Shown here: positions 42,221 to 54,200 of the stretch, in pieces
Position numbering within the stretch: position 1 is the first letter of the stretch
How the letters are laid out: each line of letters begins with the position of its first letter
Origin: Auanema rhodensis
Taxonomy: Eukaryota; Animalia; Nematoda
DNA: 64,000 nucleotides
Assembly (NCBI GenBank): GCA_964057225.1
Contig: OZ059900.1
Coordinates: forward strand, 12,958,001 to 13,022,000
Direction of reading: 5' to 3'
Translations under genes and position numbers: made by a program
Notes under the pieces: generated by a model
The model's input: the letters and a program-made list of their open reading frames with translations, nothing else
Database searches by the model: none
What the model was told of the DNA's origin: nothing

Positions 42221-45200
42221 ACAGTTTTCAATATTGCACACTCATGGTGTGCTTTCCAAAATGTATTTCCAACTCAGAAGTTCTCTGGTTAGATTGAGAT
42301 ACTACCTCTAACTTGGGTAATTAAACCAAATCTATTCAGGAAACTTATGAACTGTTCTAGCCTATCGCCGTATAAGTGATCAGTGTACAAAGCTATACAA
42401 AGCTTTATCCAGTCAAACTATAATGTAAAAGACGCGTCATGTTCATATTCAAATTTGTTTTGCTTTGGCATCTATAGTGTCATATAATCATACTAAGACA
42501 GACAGTTTTCAATATTGCACACTCATGGTGTGCTTTCCAAAATGTATTTCCAACTCAGAAGTTCTCTGGTTAGATTGAGATACTACCTCTAACTTGGGTA
42601 ATTAAACCAAATCTATTCAGGAAACTTATGAACTGTTCTAGCCTATCGCCGTATAAGTGATCAGTGTACAAAGCTATACAAAGCTTTATCCAGTCAAACT
42701 ATAATGTAAAAGACGCGTCATGTTCATATTCAAATTTGTTTTGCTTTGGCATCTATAGTGTCATATAATCATACTAAGACAGACAGTTTTCAATATTGCA
42801 CACTCATGGTGTGCTTTCCAAAATGTATTTCCAACTCAGAAGTTCTCTGGTTAGATTGAGATACTACCTCTAACTTGGGTAATTAAACCAAATCTATTCA
42901 GGAAACTTATGAACTGTTCTAGCCTATCGCCGTATAAGTGATCAGTGTACAAAGCTATACAAAGCTTTATCCAGTCAAACTATAATGTAAAAGACGCGTC
43001 ATGTTCATATTCAAATTTGTTTTGCTTTGGCATCTATAGTGTCATATAATCATACTAAGACAGACAGTTTTCAATATTGCACACTCATGGTGTGCTTTCC
43101 AAAATGTATTTCCAACTCAGAAGTTCTCTGGTTAGAATGAGATACTACCTCTAACTTGGGTAATTAAACCAAATCTATTCAGGAAACTTATGAACTGTTG
43201 TAGCCTATCGCCGTATAAGTGATCAGTGTACAAAGCTATACAAAGCTTTATCCAGTCAAACTATAATGTAAAAGACGCGTCATGTTCATATTCAAATTTG
43301 TTTTGCTTTGGCATCTATAGTGTCATATAATCATACTAAGACAGACAGTTTTCAATATTGCACACTCATGGTGTGCTTTCCAAAATGTATTTCCAACTCA
43401 GAAGTTCTCTGGTTAGATTGAGATACTACCTCTAACTTGGGTAATTAAACCAAATCTATTCAGGAAACTTATGAACTGTTGTAGCCTATCGCCGTATAAG
43501 TGATCAGTGTACAAAGCTATACAAAGCTTTATCCAGTCAAACTATAATGTAAAAGACGCGTCATGTTCATATTCAAATTTGTTTTGCTTTGGCATCTATA
43601 GTGTCATATAATCATACTAAGACAGACAGTTTTCAATATTGCACACTCATGGTGTGCAATCCAAAATGTATTTCCAACTCAGAAGTTCTCTGGTTAGATT
43701 GAGATACTACCTCTAACTTGGGTAATTAAACCAAATCTATTCAGTAAACTTATGAACTGTTCTAGCCTATCGCCGTATAAGTGATCAGTGTACAAAGCTA
43801 TACAAAGCTTTATCCAGTCAAACTATAATGTAAAAGACGCGTCATGTTCATATTCAAATTTGTTTTGCTTTGGCATCTATAGTGTCATATAATCATACTA
43901 AGACAGACAGTTTTCAATATTGCACACTCATGGTGTGCAATCCAAAATGTATTTCCAACTCAGAAGTTCTCTGGTTAGATTGAGATACTACCTCTAACTT
44001 GGGTAATTAAACCAAATCTATTCAGGAAACTTATGAACTGTTCTAGCCTATCGCCGTATAAGTGATCAGTGTACAAAGCTATACAAAGCTTTATCCAGTC
44101 AAACTATAATGTAAAAGACGCGTCATGTTCATATTCAAATTTGTTTTGCTTTGGCATCTATAGTGTCATATAATCATACTAAGACAGACAGTTTTCAATA
44201 TTGCACACTCATGGTGTGCTTTCCAAAATGTATTTCCAACTCAGAAGTTCTCTGGTTAGAATGAGATACTACCTCTAACTTGGGTAATTAAACCAAATCT
44301 ATTCAGGAAACTTATGAACTGTTGTAACCTATCGCCGTATAAGTGATCAGTGTACAAAGCTATACAAAGCTTTATCCAGTCAAACTATAATGTAAAAGAC
44401 GCGTCATGTTCATATTCAAATTTGTTTTGCTTTGGCATCTATAGTGTCATATAATCATACTAAGACAGACAGTTTTCAATATTGCACACTCATGGTGTGC
44501 TTTCCAAAATGTATTTCCAACTCAGAAGTTCTCTGGTTAGATTGAGATACTACCTCTAACTTGGGTAATTAAACCAAATCTATTCAGGAAACTTATGAAC
44601 TGTTCTAGCCTATCGCCGTATAAGTGATCAGTGTACAAAGCTATACAAAGCTTTATCCAGTCAAACTATAATGTAAAAGACGCGTCATGTTCATATTCAA
44701 ATTTGTTTTGCTTTGGCATCTATAGTGTCATATAATCATACTAAGACAGACAGTTTTCAATATTGCACACTCATGGTGTGCTTTCCAAAATGTATTTCCA
44801 ACTCAGAAGTTCTCTGGTTAGATTGAGATACTACCTCTAACTTGGGTAATTAAACCAAATCTATTCAGGAAACTTATGAACTGTTCTAGCCTATTGCCGT
44901 ATAAGTGATCAGTGTACAAAGCTATACAAAGCTTTATCCAGTCAAACTATAATGTAAAAGACGCGTCATGTTCATATTCAAATTTGTTTTGCTTTGGCAT
45001 CTATAGTGTCATATAATCATACTAAGACAGACAGTTTTCAATATTGCACACTCATGGTGTGCTTTCCAAAATGTATTTCCAACTCAGAAGTTCTCTGGTT
45101 AGATTGAGATACTACCTCTAACTTGGGTAATTAAACCAAATCTATTCAGGAAACTTATGAACTGTTCTAGCCTATCGCCGTATAAGTGATCAGTGTACAA

Positions 45201-48200
45201 AGCTATACAAAGCTTTATCCAGTCAAACTATAATGTAAAAGACGCGTCATGTTCATATTCAAATTTGTTTTGCTTTGGCATCTATAGTGTCATATAATCA
45301 TACTAAGACAGACAGTTTTCAATATTGCACACTCATGGTGTGCTTTCCAAAATGTATTTCCAACTCAGAAGTTCTCTGGTTAGAATGAGATACTACCTCT
45401 AACTTGGGTAATTAAACCAAATCTATTCAGGAAACTTATGAACTGTTGTAGCCTATCGCCGTATAAGTGATCAGTGTACAAAGCTATACAAAGCTTTATC
45501 CAGTCAAACTATAATGTAAAAGACGCGTCATGTTCATATTCAAATTTGTTTTGCTTTGGCATCTATAGTGTCATATAATCATACTAAGACAGACAGTTTT
45601 CAATATTGCACACTCATGGTGTGCTTTCCAAAATGTATTTCCAACTCAGAAGTTCTCTGGTTAGATTGAGATACTACCTCTAACTTGGGTAATTAAACCA
45701 AATCTATTCAGGAAACTTATGAACTGTTGTAGCCTATCGCCGTATAAGTGATCAGTGTACAAAGCTATACAAAGCTTTATCCAGTCAAACTATAATGTAA
45801 AAGACGCGTCATGTTCATATTCAAATTTGTTTTGCTTTGGCATCTATAGTGTCATATAATCATACTAAGACAGACAGTTTTCAATATTGCACACTCATGG
45901 TGTGCTTTCCAAAATGTATTTCCAACTCAGAAGTTCTCTGGTTAGATTGAGATACTACCTCTAACTTGGGTAATTAAACCAAATCTATTCAGGAAACTTA
46001 TGAACTGTTCTAGCCTATCGCCGTATATGTGATCAGTGTACAAAGCTATACAAAGCTTTATCCGGTCAAACTATAATGTAAAAGACGCGTCATGTTCATA
46101 TTCAAATTTGTTTTGCTTTGGCATCTATAGGGTCATATAATCATACTAAGACAGACAGTTTTCAATATTGCACACTCATGGTGTGCTTTCCAAAATGTAT
46201 TTCCAACTCAGAAGTTCTCTGGTTAGATTGAGATACTACCTCTAACTTGGGTAATTAAACCAAATCTATTCAGGAAACTTATGAACTGTTCTAGCCTATC
46301 GCCGTATATGTGATCAGTGTACAAAGCTATACAAAGCTTTATCCAGTCAAACTATAATGTAAAAGACGCGTCATGTTCATATTCAAATTTGTTTTGCTTT
46401 GGCATCTATAGGGTCATATAATCATACTAAGACAGACAGTTTTCAATATTGCACACTCATGGTGTGCTTTCCAAAATGTATTTCCAACTCAGAAGTTCTC
46501 TGGTTAGATTGAGATACTACCTCTAACTTGGGTAATTAAACCAAATCTATTCAGGAAACTTATGAACTGTTCTAGCCTATCGCCGTATATGTGATCAGTG
46601 TACAAAGCTATACAAAGCTTTATCCAGTCAAACTATAATGTAAAAGACGCGTCATGTTCATATTCAAATTTGTTTTGCTTTGGCATCTATAGGGTCATAT
46701 AATCATACTAAGACAGACAGTTTTCAATATTGCACACTCATGGTGTGCTTTCCAAAATGTATTTCCAACTCAGAAGTTCTCTGGTTAGATTGAGATACTA
46801 CCTCTAACTTGGGTAATTAAACCAAATCTATTCAGGAAACTTATGAACTGTTCTAGCCTATCGCCGTATATGTGATCAGTGTACAAAGCTATACAAAGCT
46901 TTATCCAGTCAAACTATAATGTAAAAGACGCGTCATGTTCATATTCAAATTTGTTTTGCTTTGGCATCTATAGGGTCATATAATCATACTAAGACAGACA
47001 GTTTTCAATATTGCACACTCATGGTGTGCTTTCCAAAATGTATTTCCAACTCAGAAGTTCTCTGGTTAGATTGAGATACTACCTCTAACTTGGGTAATTA
47101 AACCAAATCTATTCAGGAAACTTATGAACTGTTCTAGCCTATCGCCGTATATGTGATCAGTGTACAAAGCTATACAAAGCTTTATCCAGTCAAACTATAA
47201 TGTAAAAGACGCGTCATGTTCATATTCAAATTTGTTTTGCTTTGGCATCTATAGGGTCATATAATCATACTAAGACAGACAGTTTTCAATATTGCACACT
47301 CATGGTGTGCTTTCCAAAATGTATTTCCAACTCAGAAGTTCTCTGGTTAGGTTGAGATACTACCTCTAACTTGGGTAATTAAACCAAATCTATTCAGGAA
47401 ACTTATGAACTGTTCTAGCCTATCGCCGTATATGTGATCAGTGTACAAAGCTATACAAAGCTTTATCCAGTCAAACTATAATGTAAAAGACGCGTCATGT
47501 TCATATTCAAATTTGTTTTGCTTTGGCATCTATAGGGTCATATAATCATACTAAGACAGACAGTTTTCAATATTGCACACTCATGGTGTGCTTTCCAAAA
47601 TGTATTTCCAACTCAGAAGTTCTCTGGTTAGATTGAGATACTACCTCTAACTTGGGTAATTAAACCAAATCTATTCAGGAAACTTATGAACTGTTCTAGC
47701 CTATCGCCGTATATGTGATCAGTGTACAAAGCTATACAAAGCTTTATCCAGTCAAACTATAATGTAAAAGACGCGTCATGTTCATATTCAAATTTGTTTT
47801 GCTTTGGCATCTATAGTGTCATATAATCATACTAAGACAGACAGTTTTCAATATTGCACACTCATGGTGTGCTTTCCAAAATGTATTTCCAACTCAGAAG
47901 TTCTCTGGTTAGATTGAGATACTACCTCTAACTTGGGTAATTAAACCAAATCTATTCAGGAAACTTATGAACTGTTCTAGCCTATCGCCGTATAAGTGAT
48001 CAGTGTACAAAGCTATACAAAGCTTTATCCGGTCAAACTATAATGTAAAAGACGCGTCATGTTCATATTCAAATTTGTTTTGCTTTGGCATCTATAGTGT
48101 CATATAATCATACTAAGACAGACAGTTTTCAATATTGCACACTCATGGTGTGCTTTCCAAAATGTATTTCCAACTCAGAAGTTCTCTGGTTAGAATGAGA

Positions 48201-51200
48201 TACTACCTCTAACTTGGGTAATTAAACCAAATCTATTCAGGAAACTTATGAACTGTTCTAGCCTATCGCCGTATAAGTGATCAGTGTACAAAGCTATACA
48301 AAGCTTTATCCAGTCAAACTATAATGTAAAAGACGCGTCATGTTCATATTCAAATTTGTTTTGCTTTGGCATCTATAGTGTCATATAATCATACTAAGAC
48401 AGACAGTTTTCAATATTGCACACTCATGGTGTGCTTTCCAAAATGTATTTCCAACTCAGAAGTTCTCTGGTTAGATTGAGATACTACCTCTAACTTGGGT
48501 AATTAAACCAAATCTATTCAGGAAACTTATGAACTGTTCTAGCCTATCGCCGTATATGTGATCAGTGTACAAAGCTATACAAAGCTTTATCCGGTCAAAC
48601 TATAATGTAAAAGACGCGTCATGTTCATATTCAAATTTGTTTTGCTTTGGCATCTATAGTGTCATATAATCATACTAAGACAGGCAGTTTTCAATATTGC
48701 ACACTCATGGTGTGCTTTCCAAAATGTATTTCCAACTCAGAAGTTCTCTGGTTAGATTGAGATACTACCTCTAACTTGGGTAATTAAACCAAATCTATTC
48801 AGGAAACTTATGAACTGTTCTAGCCTATCGCCGTATAAGTGATCAGTGTACAAAGCTATACAAAGCTTTATCCGGTCAAACTATAATGTAAAAGACGCGC
48901 CATGTTCATATTCAAATTTGTTTTGCTTTGGCATCTATAGTGTCATATAATCATACTAAGACAGACAGTTTTCAATATTGCACACTCATGGTGTGCTTTC
49001 CAAAATGTATTTCCAACTCAGAAGTTCTCTGGTTAGATTGAGATACTACCTCTAACTTGGGTAATTAAACCAAATCTATTCAGGAAACTTATGAACTGTT
49101 CTAGCCTATCGCCGTATAAGTGATCAGTGTACAAAGCTATACAAAGCTTTATCCGGTCAAACTATAATGTAAAAGACGCGTCATGTTCATATTCAAATTT
49201 GTTTTGCTTTGGCATCTATAGTGTCATATAATCATACTAAGACAGACAGTTTTCAATATTGCACACTCATGGTGTGCTTTCCAAAATGTATTTCCAACTC
49301 AGAAGTTCTCTGGTTAGATTGAGATACTACCTCTAACTTGGGTAATTAAACCAAATCTATTCAGGAAACTTATGAACTGTTCTAGCCTATCGCCGTATAT
49401 GTGATCAGTGTACAAAGCTATACAAAGCTTTATCCGGTCAAACTATAATGTAAAAGACGCGTCATGTTCATATTCAAATTTGTTTTGCTTTGGCATCTAT
49501 AGTGTCATATAATCATACTAAGACAGGCAGTTTTCAATATTGCACACTCATGGTGTGCTTTCCAAAATGTATTTCCAACTCAGAAGTTCTCTGGTTAGAT
49601 TGAGATACTACCTCTAACTTGGGTAATTAAACCAAATCTATTCAGGAAACTTATGAACTGTTCTAGCCTATCGCCGTATAAGTGATCAGTGTACAAAGCT
49701 ATACAAAGCTTTATCCGGTCAAACTATAATGTAAAAGACGCGCCATGTTCATATTCAAATTTGTTTTGCTTTGGCATCTATAGTGTCATATAATCATACT
49801 AAGACAGACAGTTTTCAATATTGCACACTCATGGTGTGCTTTCCAAAATGTATTTCCAACTCAGAAGTTCTCTGGTTAGATTGAGATACTACCTCTAACT
49901 TGGGTAATTAAACCAAATCTATTCAGGAAACTTATGAACTGTTCTAGCCTATCGCCGTATAAGTGATCAGTGTACAAAGCTATACAAAGCTTTATCCGGT
50001 CAAACTATAATGTAAAAGACGCGTCATGTTCATATTCAAATTTGTTTTGCTTTGGCATCTATAGTGTCATATAATCATACTAAGACAGACAGTTTTCAAT
50101 ATTGCACACTCATGGTGTGCTTTCCAAAATGTATTTCCAACTCAGAAGTTCTCTGGTTAGATTGAGATACTACCTCTAACTTGGGTAATTAAACCAAATC
50201 TATTCAGGAAACTTATGAACTGTTCTAGCCTATCGCCGTATATGTGATCAGTGTACAAAGCTATACAAAGCTATACAAAGCTTTATCCGGTCAAACTATA
50301 ATGTAAAAGACGCGTCATGTTCATATTCAAATTTGTTTTGCTTTGGCATCTATAGTGTCATATAATCATACTAAGACAGGCAGTTTTCAATATTGCACAC
50401 TCATGGTGTGCTTTACAAAATGTATTTCCAACTCAGAAGTTCTCTGGTTAGATTGAGATACTACCTCTAACTTGGGTAATTAAACCAAATCTATTCAGAA
50501 AACTTATGAACTGTTCTAGCCTATCGCCGTATATGTGATCAGTGTACAAAGCTATACAAAGCTATACAAAGCTTTATCCAGTCAAACTATAATGTAAAAG
50601 ACGCGTCATGTTCATATTCAAATTTGTTTTGCTTTGGCATCTATAGTGTCATATAATCATACTAAGACAGACAGTTTTCAATATTGCACACTCATGGTGT
50701 GCTTTCCAAAATGTATTTCCAACTCAGAAGTTCTCTGGTTTGATTGAGATACTACCTCTAACTTGGGTAATTAAACCAAATCTATTCAGGAAACTTATGA
50801 ACTGTTCTAGCCTATCGCCGTATAAGTGATCAGTGTACAAAGCTATACAAAGCTTTATCCAGTCAAACTATAATGTAAAAGACGCGTCATGTTCATATTC
50901 AAATTTGTTTTGCTTTGGCATCTATAGTGTCATATAATCATACTAAGACAGACAGTTTTCAATATTGCACACTCATGGTGTGCTTTACAAAATGTATTTC
51001 CAACTCAGAAGTTCTCTGGTTAGATTGAGATACTACCTCTAACTTGGGTAATTAAACCAAATCTATTCAGAAAACTTATGAACTGTTCTAGCCTATCGCC
51101 GTATATGTGATCAGTGTACAAAGCTATACAAAGCTATACAAAGCTTTATCCAGTCAAACTATAATGTAAAAGACGCGTCATGTTCATATTCAAATTTGTT

Positions 51201-51242
51201 TTGCTTTGGCATCTATAGTGTCATATAATCATACTAAGACAG

Positions 51243-54200
51243 ACAGTTTTCAATATTGCACACTCATGGTGTGCTTTCCAAAATGTATTTCCAACTCAGA
51301 AGTTCTCTGGTTTGATTGAGATACTACCTCTAACTTGGGTAATTAAACCAAATCTATTCAGGAAACTTATGAACTGTTCTAGCCTATCGCCGTATATGTG
51401 ATCAGTGTACAAAGCTATACAAAGCTTTATCCGGTCAAACTATAATGTAAAAGACGCGTCATGTTCATATTCAAATTTGTTTTGCTTTGGCATCTATAGT
51501 GTCATATAATCATACTAAGACAGGCAGTTTTCAATATTGCACACTCATGGTGTGCTTTCCAAAATGTATTTCCAACTCAGAAGTTCTCTGGTTAGATTGA
51601 GATACTACCTCTAACTTGGGTAATTAAACCAAATCTATTCAGGAAACTTATGAACTGTTCTAGCCTATCGCCGTATAAGTGATCAGTGTACAAAGCTATA
51701 CAAAGCTTTATCCAGTCAAACTATAATGTAAAAGACGCGTCATGTTCATATTCAAATTTGTTTTGCTTTGGCATCTATAGGGTCATATAATCATACTAAG
51801 ACAGGCAGTTTTCAATATTGCACACTCATGGTGTGCTTTCCAAAATGTATTTCCAACTCAGAAGTTCTCTGGTTAGATTTAGATACTACCTCTAACTTGG
51901 GTAATTAAACCAAATCTATCCAGGAAACTTATGAACTGTTCTAGCCTATCGCCGTATATGTGATCAGTGTACAAAGCTATACAAAGCTTTATCCGGTCAA
52001 ACTATAATGTAAAAGACGCGTCATGTTCATATTCAAATTTGTTTTGCTTTGGCATCTATAGTGTCATATAATCATACTAAGACAGACAGTTTTCAATATT
52101 GCACACTCATGGTGTGCTTTCCAAAATGTATTTCCAACTCAGAAGTTCTCTGGTTAGATTGAGATACTACCTCTAACTTGGGTAATTAAACCAAATCTAT
52201 TATGGAAACTTATGAACTGTTCTAGCCTATCGCCGTATAAGTGATCAGTGTACAAAGCTATACAAAGCTTTATCCGGTCAAACTATAATGTAAAAGACGC
52301 GTCATGTTCATATTCAAATTTGTTTTGCTTTGGCATCTATAGGGTCATATAATCATACTAAGACAGACAGTTTTCAATATTGCACACTCATGGTGTGCTT
52401 TCCAAAATGTATTTCCAACTCAGAAGTTCTCTGGTTAGATTGAGATACTACCTCTAACTTGGGTAATTAAACCAAATCTATTCAGGAAACTTATGAACTG
52501 TTCTAGCCTATCGCCGTATAAGTGATCAGTGTACAAAGCTATACAAAGCTTTATCCAGTCAAACTATAATGTAAAAGACGCGTCATGTTCATATTCAAAT
52601 TTGTTTTGCTTTGGCATCTATAGGGTCATATAATCATACTAAGACAGACAGTTTTCAATATTGCACACTCATGGTGTGCTTTCCAAAATGTATTTCCAAC
52701 TCAGAAGTTCTCTGGTTAGATTTAGATACTACCTCTAACTTGGGTAATTAAACCAAATCTATCCAGGAAACTTATGAACTGTTCTAGCCTATCGCCGTAT
52801 ATGTGATCAGTGTACAAAGCTATACAAAGCTATACAAAGCTTTATCAGGTCAAACTATAATGTAAAAGACGCGTCATGTTCATATTCAAATTTGTTTTGC
52901 TTTGGCATCTATAGTGTCATATAATCATAGTAAGACAGACAGTTTTCAATATTGCACACTCATGGTGTGCTTTCCAAAATGTATTTCCAACTCAGAAGTT
53001 CTCTGGTTAGATTGAGATACTACCTCTAACTTGGGTAATTAAACCAAATCTATTCAGGAAACTTATGAACTGTTCTAGCCTATCGCCGTATAAGTGATCA
53101 GTGTACAAAGCTATACAAAGCTTTATCCAGTCAAACTATAATGTAAAAGACGCGTCATGTTCATATTCAAATTTGTTTTGCTTTGGCATCTATAGGGTCA
53201 TATAATCATACTAAGACAGACAGTTTTCAATATTGCACACTCATGGTGTGCTTTCCAAAATGTATTTCCAACTCAGAAGTTCTCTGGTTAGATTTAGATA
53301 CTACCTCTAACTTGGGTAATTAAACCAAATCTATCCAGGAAACTTATGAACTGTTCTAGCCTATCGCCGTATATGTGATCAGTGTACAAAGCTATACAAA
53401 GCTATACAAAGCTTTATCAGGTCAAACTATAATGTAAAAGACGCGTCATGTTCATATTCAAATTTGTTTTGCTTTGGCATCTATAGTGTCATATAATCAT
53501 ACTAAGACAGACAGTTTTCAATATTGCACACTCATGGTGTGCTTTCCAAAATGTATTTCCAACTCAGAAGTTCTCTGGTTTGATTGAGATACTACCTCTA
53601 ACTTGGGTAATTAAACCAAATCTATTCAGGAAACTTATGAACTGTTCTAGCCTATCGCCGTATATGTGATCAGTGTACAAAGCTATACAAAGCTTTATCC
53701 GGTCAAACTATAATGTAAAAGACGCGTCATGTTCATATTCAAATTTGTTTTGCTTTGGCATCTATAGTGTCATATAATCATACTAAGACAGGCAGTTTTC
53801 AATATTGCACACTCATGGTGTGCTTTCCAAAATGTATTTCCAACTCAGAAGTTCTCTGGTTAGATTGAGATACTACCTCTAACTTGGGTAATTAAACCAA
53901 ATCTATTCAGGAAACTTATGAACTGTTCTAGCCTATCGCCGTATAAGTGATCAGTGTACAAAGCTATACAAAGCTTTATCCGGTCAAACTATAATGTAAA
54001 AGACGCGTCATGTTCATATTCAAATTTGTTTTGCTTTGGCATCTATAGGGTCATATAATCATACTAAGACAGACAGTTTTCAATATTGCACACTCATGGT
54101 GTGCTTTCCAAAATGTATTTCCAACTCAGAAGTTCTCTGGTTAGATTTAGATACTACCTCTAACTTGGGTAATTAAACCAAATCTATCCAGGAAACTTAT

